A stretch of DNA of 10,666 bases from Candidatus Methylomirabilota bacterium (GCA_046726415.1 JBKPAK010000137.1:1-10666); one strand, 5' to 3'; numbered from the stretch's first letter, positions 1-8,580 are shown. A program made the numbers and translations. The notes: generated by a model from the letters alone, not told the origin.

Positions 1-201
1 GGAGGGTCAGCGCCAGGCATCGATCGGATCGTGATGCTCCTGGCTGGGGAGAGCAACCTTCGCGAAGTCATCGCGTTCCCCATGAACCAGCACGCGCAGG
101 ACCTCTTGATGGGCGCTCCGTCGCCGGTGGCCCCCGAGCGCTTGAAGGAGCTGCACATCCGCCTCGATGTGCCCGTGGTAGACTCTTCCAGGGATGCGTA
201 G
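1..201 (+). CDS. aspS: Aspartyl-tRNA synthetase, C-terminal fragment (5' end outside the window)
   Basis: Not in the ORF track; frame 1 translated by hand gives [66 protein letters not shown], with TAG at 199-201. It contains class IIb motif 3 (GG..G.DR..MLL) and the bacterial AspRS tail (REVIAFP...DL.MGAPS.V...L.ELHI). Confidence 0.93.
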   Translation, partial: GGSAPGIDRIVMLLAGESNLREVIAFPMNQHAQDLLMGAPSPVAPERLKELHIRLDVPVVDSSRDA

Positions 202-204
202 AGG

Positions 205-1197
205 TTGAGCGAAGCCACCGTCGTCACGCGTCGGCTCTCCCTCGCTCCCGAGGTCGACCTCCTTCCCCTTCTCGGGCGCAACGACGACCACCTTCGCACC
301 TTGGAGTCGGAGCTGGACGTGCGGGTGGTGGCGCGCGGTCACGACATCACGCTGCGGGGCGAAGAGCGGCAGGTGAGACGGGCCGAGCGTGCCCTCACCC
401 AGTTGGCGGAGCTGGTCCGATCGGGAGCTCACCTGCGTGCGCCCGAGGTGCGCGCTGCTCTTCGCATGCTCTCGGACGACGACGACGCCGATCTGAAGGC
501 GGTCTTTGCCGATGCCATTGCGGTGCCGTCTCGAAAGAAGCTCATCACGCCCAAGACGCTCGGCCAGAAGCGATACGTCGACGCCATCCGCACGCACGAC
601 ATGGTATTCGCCATCGGGCCCGCCGGCACCGGCAAGTCCTTCTTGGCCGTGGCCATGGCCGTGGCCGCCCTCACGCGCCGGGAGGTCGCGCGCATCGTCC
701 TCACCCGACCGGCCGTCGAGGCCGGCGAGCGGCTGGGCTTCCTCCCCGGGGATCTCTACGAAAAAGTCCATCCTTACCTGCGGCCGCTCTACGACGCGCT
801 CTACGACATGCTGGAGGCCGACAAGGTCCAGAGCCTGATGGACAAGGGAGCCATCGAGGTGGCTCCGCTCGCCTACATGCGCGGCCGCACCCTCAACGAT
901 GCGTTCATCATTCTGGATGAGGCGCAGAACAGCACGGCTGAGCAGATGAAGATGTTCCTCACCCGCCTGGGTTTCAACTCGAAGATGGTGATCACCGGAG
1001 ACATCACTCAGATCGATCTGCCCTCCTCGCGCGCCTCGGGCTTGGTCCAGGCCCGCGCCATTCTGGAGGGCGTGCCCGGCATCAGCTTCGCGTACTTCGA
1101 CGAGCGCGACGTGGTACGGCACCGGCTCGTCTCCGCCATCGTCCGCGCCTACGATGCCCACGACACGAGCCCCCGCGACCCCACCGCGTTGTCCTGA
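205..1197 (+). CDS. phoH: PhoH-family (YbeZ-like) ATPase with N-terminal KH-like region, 330 aa
   Basis: TTG start 3 nt after the aspS stop. Motifs: Walker A GPAGTGKS, PhoH signatures RPAVEAGERLGFLPGD and APLAYMRGRTL, Walker B IILDEAQN, GDITQIDL and DVVRHRLV. Standard position upstream of ybeY. Confidence 0.95.
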   Translation: MSEATVVTRRLSLAPEVDLLPLLGRNDDHLRTLESELDVRVVARGHDITLRGEERQVRRAERALTQLAELVRSGAHLRAPEVRAALRMLSDDDDADLKAVFADAIAVPSRKKLITPKTLGQKRYVDAIRTHDMVFAIGPAGTGKSFLAVAMAVAALTRREVARIVLTRPAVEAGERLGFLPGDLYEKVHPYLRPLYDALYDMLEADKVQSLMDKGAIEVAPLAYMRGRTLNDAFIILDEAQNSTAEQMKMFLTRLGFNSKMVITGDITQIDLPSSRASGLVQARAILEGVPGISFAYFDERDVVRHRLVSAIVRAYDAHDTSPRDPTALS

Positions 1198-1859
1198 TGA
1201 CGGTCCACGTCGAGAATTGCCAGGATCGAATTCCCGTTGACCGCCGGCGCCTTGCGCGGGCCGGACAGCGTGTGCTGGCCGAAGTGGGACGGCCAGGGGG
1301 CGAGGTGGAGGTGGCGGTCGTGGACGATGACGCCATCCGGCGGTTGAACTGGACGTATCGCGGGGTGGCTCGCCGTACGGATGTGCTGGCCTTCCCCTTG
1401 GAGATCGCGGGGGCCCCGGGAGGGATGGTCGGTCAGGTCGTGATCTCGGCGCCGACTGCGGCACGGCAGGCCCGTCGCCTCGGCGTACCACGGGCCCTCG
1501 AGCTGGATTTGCTGGTGACGCACGGGGTGCTCCATCTGGTGGGCTACGACGACCGCGATCCCGTGGAGGCCGCCCTCATGCATCGCCGGGAACGCAGCCT
1601 CCTGGGCGGCCGGCGGACGGTTCCGGCGCGACTCTGGACCGGGCTGCTGAATCGAGGAGCGCCACGCTTGCGCCGGGGCACTCCGCGGGTGGGAGAATCG
1701 AGCGCCATGGCTCGGCCTGAGTGCCCGCGACGTGTGGGGGGCTTGAGAGCCAAGTCGGGCCCGCCGAAGCTGGCGGGGAATCGAGGGGCGGCGCGGCTCC
1801 ACCGGGGTGCCCCGAGCGGATGGGGGGATTGGGGGGCCAGTTCGGGGCCCCCCATGTAA
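1197..1859 (+). CDS. ybeY: rRNA maturation endoribonuclease YbeY (core ~aa 1-151) with a ~69-aa repeat-derived C-terminal extension
   Basis: ATG overlaps the phoH stop (TGATG, 1195-1199). Motifs: IRRLNWTYRG...TDVLAFP, GQVVIS and HGVLHLVGYDD (H-x3-H-x5-H motif, third His replaced by Asp). The frame stays open to TAA at 1857-1859. Confidence 0.9.
   Translation: MTVHVENCQDRIPVDRRRLARAGQRVLAEVGRPGGEVEVAVVDDDAIRRLNWTYRGVARRTDVLAFPLEIAGAPGGMVGQVVISAPTAARQARRLGVPRALELDLLVTHGVLHLVGYDDRDPVEAALMHRRERSLLGGRRTVPARLWTGLLNRGAPRLRRGTPRVGESSAMARPECPRRVGGLRAKSGPPKLAGNRGAARLHRGAPSGWGDWGASSGPPM
1649..1859. repeat. Degenerate duplicated palindromic element (REP/MITE-like) between the YbeY core and era
   Basis: Copy 1 at 1649-1685 (gaatcgaggagcgccacgcttgcgccggggcactccg) and copy 2 at 1778-1814 (gaatcgaggggcggcgcggctccaccggggtgccccg) match at 27/37 positions by hand alignment, and each folds into an imperfect hairpin. 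Additional stems: 1760-1777 (cccgcc/ggcggg) and 1830-1854 (perfect 9 bp, tggggggcc/ggcccccca). Confidence 0.65.
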
Positions 1860-1867
1860 CGAATCCC

Positions 1868-2758
1868 ATGCGCTCCGGGTTCGTCGCGCTCATCGGTCGC
1901 CCGAACGTGGGTAAGTCGACGTTGCTCAACCGGCTGGTGGGCGACAAATTAGCCATTGTCTCCCCGCGGCCGCAGACGACGCGCAACCGGATCACGGGGA
2001 TCAGGAATCTCCCTGAGGCGCAGATCGTCTTCGTGGACACGCCTGGCCTGCAGGATGAGGGCGGCCGGCTGGGGGAGTTCATGAGAGCCACGGTCGAGCG
2101 GGCGGTGACGGAAGTCGATCTCGTGTGTGCCCTGATCGACGCCAGCACGGAGGCCTCGCCGGATCTCCGCCTGCTGCGGGCGGTGGCGCGCGGGCCCACT
2201 CCCCTCGTGTGTCTCCTGAACAAGATCGATCGCATAGAGCCGAAGGAGCGGCTCTTACCCCTCATCGACGCGTGGCGGCAGGCCCATCCCTTCCGCGATA
2301 TTCTCCCCATCTCCGCCGCCGATGGGACGAACTGTGATCGCCTGCTCGCTCTGCTCGCTGCCGCGCTGCCCGAGCACCCCGCGCTGTTCCCGGAGGACGC
2401 CACCAGCGACCAGCCGGAGACCTTTTACGTGGCCGAGATGATCCGCGAGAAGGTTTTCTGGCTGACGCGCGAGGAGGTGCCCTACGCCGTGGCCGTCCGC
2501 GTCGATGAAGTCACCGAGCGCCGCGAGCCGCCTTGCCTGTACATCCGCGCCCGAATTTTCGTGGAGCAGGACTCGCAGCGCGGCATCTTGGTGGGCCGGG
2601 GCGGACGCATGCTGAAGCAGATCGGAACGGCGGCCCGCGGGGAATTGGAGCGCTTCTTCGGGATCAAAGTGTACCTGTCCCTCACCGTGCAGGTGCGCCG
2701 CAACTGGCGGAAGGATGAGCGCGCTCTCCGCGAGTTCGGATTCCGCCTCACGTCGTGA
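1868..2758 (+). CDS. era: GTPase Era, 296 aa
   Basis: Start moved to ATG 1868 (MRSGFVALIGRPNVGKS), which matches the canonical Era N-terminus; the upstream in-frame extension in the ORF track is the repeat region. Motifs: G1 GRPNVGKS, G2 QTTR, G3 DTPG, G4 NKID, EEVPY and KH-domain ILVGRGGRMLKQIG. Confidence 0.96.
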   Translation: MRSGFVALIGRPNVGKSTLLNRLVGDKLAIVSPRPQTTRNRITGIRNLPEAQIVFVDTPGLQDEGGRLGEFMRATVERAVTEVDLVCALIDASTEASPDLRLLRAVARGPTPLVCLLNKIDRIEPKERLLPLIDAWRQAHPFRDILPISAADGTNCDRLLALLAAALPEHPALFPEDATSDQPETFYVAEMIREKVFWLTREEVPYAVAVRVDEVTERREPPCLYIRARIFVEQDSQRGILVGRGGRMLKQIGTAARGELERFFGIKVYLSLTVQVRRNWRKDERALREFGFRLTS

Positions 2759-2759
2759 C

Positions 2760-3530
2760 ATGCCCCTCGCGCGTTCGGCGGCGGTGGTGATCGGCTCGTT
2801 TCCGCTGGGGGAGAGCGACCTGCTCGTGACATTCTTCGCGCGCCAGGGGGGCAAAGTACGAGGCGTGGCGCGCCGGGCCCGCCAGATGCGCTCGCGGTTT
2901 GGCGGGGCCCTGGAACCCTTCACCCTGGGCGAGCTCATCGCCTTCGACAGCGGGCGGAGCGACCTCGTTCAGATCGACCATTTCGACATCGTCCGCCCTT
3001 TCCCGCACCTGCGCGAGGACCTCGAACGGCTGGGACAGGCGGCGTGGATCGCGGAATGCGTCGGGCGTCTGACCGCCGAGCGCGATCCGCACCCGGCGGT
3101 GTACGGTCTCCTCGTTCGGGCTCTCACCGCCATCGACGATGGAGCACCCGCCGCGCGGGTGGCCATCGCCTTCGGGGTCCGCTGCGTGGATGCGCTCGGT
3201 CATCGTTTGCGGCTCGACCGCTGCGTTCTCTGCGGAGCCCGGCCGGCCTCGCCGGGTGGCGCCCTCGATGTCGCCAGCGGCGGCGCGATATGCGCGCGCT
3301 GCGCCGCGGTCACGCCCGGAGCCCTACCGGCGACCCCGGGTGGACGTCAGGCGCTGCACCGGCTTCGAACCTGCTCATGGCCAGAAGCCACCGCTACCCC
3401 CCTCGGGCGGGTCGAGCACGAGCTGCGCCGACTTCTCGATGCGCACGTCGCGCATCTGGGCGGTCATCCCGCCCGCGCCACGCGATTCCTGGAAGAGCTG
3501 GGCAAATTCACGGGAACCAGAGCGCGGTGA
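2760..3530 (+). CDS. recO: DNA repair protein RecO with Cys4 zinc finger, 256 aa
   Basis: ATG at 2760, 1 nt after the era stop. N-terminal OB-fold signature [10 protein letters not shown]...[22 protein letters not shown] and Zn finger CVLC...CARC. Conserved era-recO-glyQ order. Confidence 0.93.
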   Translation: MPLARSAAVVIGSFPLGESDLLVTFFARQGGKVRGVARRARQMRSRFGGALEPFTLGELIAFDSGRSDLVQIDHFDIVRPFPHLREDLERLGQAAWIAECVGRLTAERDPHPAVYGLLVRALTAIDDGAPAARVAIAFGVRCVDALGHRLRLDRCVLCGARPASPGGALDVASGGAICARCAAVTPGALPATPGGRQALHRLRTCSWPEATATPLGRVEHELRRLLDAHVAHLGGHPARATRFLEELGKFTGTRAR

Positions 3531-4405
3531 CGTTCCAGGACCTGCTCCTGGCCCTTCAGCGCTACTGGGCGGATCACGGGTGCGTCATCGAGCAACCCTA
3601 TGACCTCGAGGTCGGGGCGGGGACCATGCACCCGGCGACGTTTCTGCGCGTCCTCGGCCCCGAGCCGTGGAACGTCGCGTACGTGCAGGCCTCGCGCCGC
3701 CCTACCGATGGGCGGTACGGTGAGAATCCCAACCGGCTGCAGCGCCACCATCAGTTTCAAGTGATCCTCAAGCCGTCCCCGGCTGACGTCCAGGACCTCT
3801 ATCTGGGGAGCTTGAGGGCAATCGGCATCGACCTGCTCCGCCACGACATCCGGTTTGTCGAGGACGACTGGGAGTCGCCTGCGCTCGGGGCCTGGGGACT
3901 CGGCTGGCAAGTCGACCTCGACGGAATGGAGATCACCCAGTTCACCTACCTTCAGCAAGCAGGTGGGATCGACCTGAGCCCGATCTCCGCGGAGATCACG
4001 TACGGGCTCGAGCGAATCGCGATGTACCTCGCCAACGTGGATTCGGTCTACGACCTGGCGTGGGCTCCGGGGGTGAGCTACGGCCAGCTACATCACCAGG
4101 AGGAGGTCGAGTTCTCGCGCTTCAACTTCGACGTCGCCGACCCGGCGGTTCACGCGCGGTTCTTCGACGCCTACGAGGCGGAGGCGCGACGCCTCCTCCG
4201 CCACGAGCTGATCTTGCCGGCCTACGACTACGGCCTCAAGTGCTCGCACCTGTTCAACGTGCTCGATGCGCGGGGCGCCATCAGCGTCACCGAACGCACC
4301 TCGTATCTCGGGCGACTACGCGCCATTACCCGGGGGGTCGCCGAAGGCTATCTGCGGCAGCGCGAGGCCTTGGGCCATCCCTTGCTGACCGCGGCGCGCG
4401 CATGA
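3527..4405 (+). CDS. glyQ: Glycyl-tRNA synthetase alpha subunit, 292 aa
   Basis: GTG start overlaps the recO stop (GTGA, 3527-3530), giving [14 protein letters not shown]. Motifs: [60 protein letters not shown] and [13 protein letters not shown]. Confidence 0.97.
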   Translation: MTFQDLLLALQRYWADHGCVIEQPYDLEVGAGTMHPATFLRVLGPEPWNVAYVQASRRPTDGRYGENPNRLQRHHQFQVILKPSPADVQDLYLGSLRAIGIDLLRHDIRFVEDDWESPALGAWGLGWQVDLDGMEITQFTYLQQAGGIDLSPISAEITYGLERIAMYLANVDSVYDLAWAPGVSYGQLHHQEEVEFSRFNFDVADPAVHARFFDAYEAEARRLLRHELILPAYDYGLKCSHLFNVLDARGAISVTERTSYLGRLRAITRGVAEGYLRQREALGHPLLTAARA

Positions 4406-6477
4406 GCCACGCCCTGCTCTTCGAAGTGGGAACGGAGGAGCTCCCCCCCTCGGAGCTTCCCCTCGTCCTTCCCGCTCTGCAGGGGACGGCGGCGCGCCTG
4501 CTCCAGGAAGCCCGCCTCCCGTACGAGTCGCTCCGCATCTATTCCACGCCCCGCCGCTTGGCCGTGGTGGTCGGCGGTCTCGCCGAGAGCCAGGATCGGC
4601 AGACGGTGACGGTCACGGGCCCCCCCAAGAAGTCGGCGCTCGACCCGACCGGGAAGCCGACCAGGGCCGCTGAGGGGTTCGCTCGAGCCCAGGGCGTGCC
4701 GCTGGATCGACTCAAGGTGATCATGACCGAGCGCGGCGAGTACCTGGCCAGCGAACGCGAGGAGGGTGGGCAGCCGGCTAGGGTCGTCCTCCCGCCCCTG
4801 CTGGAGCGCCTCGTCGCATCGCTGCCCTTCGCCAAGCAGATGCGATGGGGTCAGGGCGACGCGAGGTTCTCGCGCCCGGTGCGATGGGTTGTGGCGCTTC
4901 TGGATGAGGATGTTCTTCCCCTTGCCGTGACGGGCGTCCCGTCCGGCCGCGTCACCTATGGACACCGATTCCTGGCGCCGGCGCCCATCGAGCTGGCCTC
5001 GCCCGGGCGTTACGTGACTCAGCTCCGCGAGGCAATCGTCCTGGCCGACGTCGGCGCGCGGCGCGACGAGGTGAGGCGCCAGGTCGAGGAGGCTGGTGCC
5101 CGACATGGCTTCCGACCTGTGATCGACGAGCCCACCTTGGAGGCCGTGGTGCATCTCGTGGAGTGGCCGATGGCCGTGGTGGGTTCGTTCCCCAAGGTCT
5201 TTCTCGATCTCCCCCGCGAGGTCGTGGAGACGCCGATTCGTCGCCACCAGCGCTGCTTCACCGGACAAGCGCCTGACGGACGGCTCGTCGCCTTCTTCGT
5301 GGCTATCTCGAACATGCCGGGCGGTGATCCCGCCGAGATCCGACGTGGAAACGAACGAGTCATCAGCGCCCGCCTCGCCGATGCGGACTTTTACTTCCGG
5401 GAGGATCTGAAGTTGTCTTCGGAGGATCGACTGCCTCGGTTGGCCACCATGGTCTTCCAGGAGCAGCTCGGGAGCTTGCTCGAGAAGACGCAACGGGTGG
5501 TGGCCCTCGGGGAGTACCTCGTCGGCTCCGCGCCAACCGTCGCGCCAGACGCGGTGGTCCGGGCGGCCCGCCTGTCCAAAACGGATCTGGCCTCGGGCAT
5601 GGTCCGGGAGTTCCCGGAGCTGCAGGGCATCATCGGTGAAACCTACGCGTTGCGGGCGGGGGAGTCGCCACGCGTGGCCCGAGCGATTCGCGAGCAGTAC
5701 CTGCCTCGGGGGCCGGAGGACGAGCTGCCAGCATCGATGGAGGGGATGATCCTGTCGATCGTGGACAAAATGGATACGGTCGTGGGTTGCCTCGGCGTCG
5801 GTCTGGTGCCGACGGGATCGCAGGATCCGTACGGGCTCCGACGGCAGGCGCACGGTATCGTCCAGATCGCGGTCGGGGCGGGCTTCTCCCTCTCGCTCGG
5901 CGGCCTGGTCGACCGCGCGCTCGATCTTCTGAGTGGGAAGCGGACAGAGTCGCGCGAGGTCACGCGGGAACGAGCGATGGAATTCTTCCGGACCCGCTTG
6001 GCCACTGCGATGGCCGGCCGAGGGCTTCGCGCCGACGTGGTCGAGGCCGTCCTCGGCCAGGGGTTCGATGATCCGCCTCAGGCCGTTCAGCGCGCGGAAG
6101 CGCTGACTCGCATGATGGGCCGACCTGACTGGGAGGCGCTCGTCGTCGCGTTCAAGCGCGCCATCAACATCCTGCCGGGAGGGCCTATCGGCCCTCCTGA
6201 TCCCTCGCGCTTTGTCGACGACGCCGAGCGGCAGTTGCACCGCGCGACGGAGGCGAGCCGGCCGACGGTGCTGTCGGCGCTGGAGCGAGGGGACTACGAG
6301 GGAGGTTTGATGGAGCTGGCACGGCTCCGACCAGCGGTCGACCGGTTCTTCGAGGCGGTGATGGTGATGGACGCCGATCCCGCCGTCCGCGAAAATCGCC
6401 TGGGTTTGCTCAGGGACCTTGCGGACTTGGTCCTTCCGATCGCCGATCTGCGGAAGATCCAGCCGCTGGCGACGTAG
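4402..6477 (+). CDS. glyS: Glycyl-tRNA synthetase beta subunit, 691 aa
   Basis: ATG overlaps the glyQ stop (ATGA, 4402-4405), giving [16 protein letters not shown]. Motifs: [12 protein letters not shown]...[47 protein letters not shown] and the anticodon-binding end FFEAVMVM...NRL. Confidence 0.96.
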   Translation: MSHALLFEVGTEELPPSELPLVLPALQGTAARLLQEARLPYESLRIYSTPRRLAVVVGGLAESQDRQTVTVTGPPKKSALDPTGKPTRAAEGFARAQGVPLDRLKVIMTERGEYLASEREEGGQPARVVLPPLLERLVASLPFAKQMRWGQGDARFSRPVRWVVALLDEDVLPLAVTGVPSGRVTYGHRFLAPAPIELASPGRYVTQLREAIVLADVGARRDEVRRQVEEAGARHGFRPVIDEPTLEAVVHLVEWPMAVVGSFPKVFLDLPREVVETPIRRHQRCFTGQAPDGRLVAFFVAISNMPGGDPAEIRRGNERVISARLADADFYFREDLKLSSEDRLPRLATMVFQEQLGSLLEKTQRVVALGEYLVGSAPTVAPDAVVRAARLSKTDLASGMVREFPELQGIIGETYALRAGESPRVARAIREQYLPRGPEDELPASMEGMILSIVDKMDTVVGCLGVGLVPTGSQDPYGLRRQAHGIVQIAVGAGFSLSLGGLVDRALDLLSGKRTESREVTRERAMEFFRTRLATAMAGRGLRADVVEAVLGQGFDDPPQAVQRAEALTRMMGRPDWEALVVAFKRAINILPGGPIGPPDPSRFVDDAERQLHRATEASRPTVLSALERGDYEGGLMELARLRPAVDRFFEAVMVMDADPAVRENRLGLLRDLADLVLPIADLRKIQPLAT

Positions 6478-8572
6478 CCGCGACCTCGCGAGGCGCGGCC
6501 GCGGAGGGAGGAGGAACGAGCGTGCTGGGCGGCGCCGGGCTGGGCACCAGCGGTGTCATCTGCCGCCGCGCGCCGCACGAGGTGGCTGGTTCCGTGCCCT
6601 TCACGAAGGCCATGGGGACGGGTCGAATGCACTCATTCGATGGATCCAGATCCACCGACACGATGACCACGCGGTCTGGAACGGGGAAGTCCTCTTTGGG
6701 GGTGTCGCCCAGGATGCGGGTCATGTAGGACGTCCAGATCGGCGCGGCCAGGCGGCCGCCCGTCTCGTCCCGGCCAAGGCTGCGCGGCCGGTCATAACCG
6801 ACCCACACGCCGGTCACCAAGCGCGGCGTATAGCCCACGAACCACGCGTTCGAGTAGTCATTCGTGGTGCCCGTCTTGGCGGCCACCGGTCGGCCAAGCG
6901 ACTTGGCGACCTGGCCGGTGCCCCGTTCCACGACGCCCCGAAGCATGTGGGTCACCACGTACGCTACGTCGGATGGGATGGCCTCGCGCCCGTGCGGCAC
7001 GTTCTCTTCGAGCAGTTTGCCCTTGGCGTCGGTCACATAGCGGATCACGGTCGGGGGCATCCAGACCCCCTGATTGGGCAAGGCCCCGTAGGCCGAGGTC
7101 AGCTCCAAGAGGGACAGGTCCGACGTGCCGAGGGCGAGGGAGAGGTTAGGCGTGAGCGGGCTGCGGATACCGAAACGCCGGGCCACGTGAATCGTCCGGT
7201 TCACGCCTACTTGCTCTTGCAGCTTCACGGTGACCACGTTGACCGAATCCTCGATGCCCTGCTGGAGGGTCGTGAGGCCGCGGAATCTCCGGTCGTAGTT
7301 TTCCGGCTTCCAGGTCTGCCCGTTGGGACCCACCGCGTACGAGACGGGTGTGTCCTCGATGCGCGTGGCCGGCGTGAAACCCGCCTCCAGCGCCGCCATG
7401 TACACGAATGGTTTGAAGGCGGAGCCCGGCTGGCGCTTGGCCTGCACGGCGCGATTGAACTCGCTGCGGAAAAAGTCATACCCGCCCACGATCGCCCGGA
7501 CGTAGCCGGTCTGCGGCTCGATGGTCACGATGGCGCCCTCGGGGTGCTCGCCCGGTCGCGCCTTGGCGCTTCGGCTCTCCAACGTCTTCAGGCCGTCGCG
7601 GAGCGTCTGCTCGGCGGCCAACTGCATGGAAGGATTGAGCGTGGTATAGGCGTTGAGACCGCCCTTGAAGACCAGATCGGCACCGTACTTTGCCTCGAGG
7701 GCCTGCTGCACAAAGTCGAGGAAGTACTGTCCGGTGGTCCGCCGGCGCTCGGGTGGAATGAGACCGAGGTCGGCTCGGGCCAGCTTGCGCGCCTCTTCCT
7801 GCTTGAGGACCCCGTATTCCGCCATGCGGCGGAGCACGACCTCCCGGCGCTGTTTGGCCGCCCGAGGATGCTCGAAGGGGGCGTAGGTCGAGGGCGCGCG
7901 GGGAAGTCCGGCGAGCAGGGCCGCCTCACGCACCGTCAGCTCGGACACCGACTTGCCGAAGTACGTTCGCGCCGCCGCCTCGACTCCGTAGGCCCCCTGC
8001 CCGAAGTAGACGTGGTTGAGATACATCTCGAGAATGCGATTCTTGGAGTAACGTCGCTCGAGCTCGAGGGCGAGGACCGCCTCCTTGAGCTTGCGCTCGA
8101 GGCTCCGGTCCGGAGTGAGAAAGAGCACCTTGGTGAGCTGCTGCGTGATGGTGCTTCCCCCTTCGACGATCCGCGCCTGCCGGTAGTTCTGGACGATGGC
8201 CCGCGCGATGCCCACCGGATCGACACCCCAATGGTAGTAGAAGCGCCGATCCTCGGTGGCGATGACGGCATCCTGGAGGGTCTTTGGGATCTGGCTCAGC
8301 GGGACGAAGATGCGGCGCTCGACGTGCAGCTCGGTGATCAGTTCGTCGTTCTCGTCGTAGAGCTTCGTGCCCCTCAGCGGCTCGAAGTTCTCGAGCGCGG
8401 TGACGGAGGGCAAGGACTTCGGCAGGATGGTCAGCGCCCACAGCGCCCCCGCGCCGACCAGCAGCACCCCGAACAGCGTGAGCAACCCGATCCCAATCAG
8501 GATGCCGCGCAGCCAAGGTCGACGGTCCTTGACGCCGCGTCGAGAGGACCCGCGTCGAGCCCACGCTGCCAT
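6410..8572 (-). CDS. mrcA: Class A (bifunctional transglycosylase/transpeptidase) penicillin-binding protein, PBP1A family, 720 aa
   Basis: Arg-rich N-terminus followed by one TM helix. GT51 motifs EDRRFYYHWGVD, GGSTITQQL, RKLKE and ILEMYLN. Transpeptidase motifs SAFK (SxxK), SVN (SxN) and KTGT. Pro/Ala-rich C-terminal tail. The family call is firm; exact orthology to mrcA/ponA is inferred. Confidence 0.93.
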   Translation of the reverse strand: MAAWARRGSSRRGVKDRRPWLRGILIGIGLLTLFGVLLVGAGALWALTILPKSLPSVTALENFEPLRGTKLYDENDELITELHVERRIFVPLSQIPKTLQDAVIATEDRRFYYHWGVDPVGIARAIVQNYRQARIVEGGSTITQQLTKVLFLTPDRSLERKLKEAVLALELERRYSKNRILEMYLNHVYFGQGAYGVEAAARTYFGKSVSELTVREAALLAGLPRAPSTYAPFEHPRAAKQRREVVLRRMAEYGVLKQEEARKLARADLGLIPPERRRTTGQYFLDFVQQALEAKYGADLVFKGGLNAYTTLNPSMQLAAEQTLRDGLKTLESRSAKARPGEHPEGAIVTIEPQTGYVRAIVGGYDFFRSEFNRAVQAKRQPGSAFKPFVYMAALEAGFTPATRIEDTPVSYAVGPNGQTWKPENYDRRFRGLTTLQQGIEDSVNVVTVKLQEQVGVNRTIHVARRFGIRSPLTPNLSLALGTSDLSLLELTSAYGALPNQGVWMPPTVIRYVTDAKGKLLEENVPHGREAIPSDVAYVVTHMLRGVVERGTGQVAKSLGRPVAAKTGTTNDYSNAWFVGYTPRLVTGVWVGYDRPRSLGRDETGGRLAAPIWTSYMTRILGDTPKEDFPVPDRVVIVSVDLDPSNECIRPVPMAFVKGTEPATSCGARRQMTPLVPSPAPPSTLVPPPSAAAPREVAATSPAAGSSADRRSEGPSPQGP
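6477..6499. other. GC-rich near-perfect palindrome right after the glyS stop (possible 3' hairpin; no U-tract)
   Basis: gccgcg-a-cctcgcgagg-cgcggc is a 22-nt palindrome with one bulged A at 6483. Confidence 0.4.
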
Positions 8573-8580
8573 GGACGCCC

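Noticed and set aside
7..1491. 494-aa antisense ORF over aspS, phoH and ybeY
   Set aside because: Shadow ORF opposite well-conserved genes with no recognisable motifs. Long antisense frames are expected at high GC.
1830..1854. Intrinsic terminator after ybeY
   Set aside because: Strong stem but no U-tract on either strand, and it lies inside the ybeY frame. Treated as part of the repeat element.
1649..1859. CRISPR array or IS element reading of the repeat region
   Set aside because: Only two degenerate copies separated by 92 bp, with no cas gene or transposase and no clear terminal inverted repeats or target-site duplication.
1721..1867. 49-aa N-terminal extension of Era in the ORF track
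   Set aside because: It translates the repeat element; Era homology begins at ATG 1868. ATG 1820 cannot be fully excluded.
3044..3526. N-terminal extensions of glyQ (from 3044), and likewise recO (from 2715) and glyS (from 4060)
   Set aside because: They overlap the upstream genes in another frame. Homology begins at the coupled starts 3527, 2760 and 4402.
4348..6240. 630-aa antisense ORF over glyS
   Set aside because: Lies opposite the glyQ 3' end and glyS, with the composition typical of antisense frames and no domain signatures.
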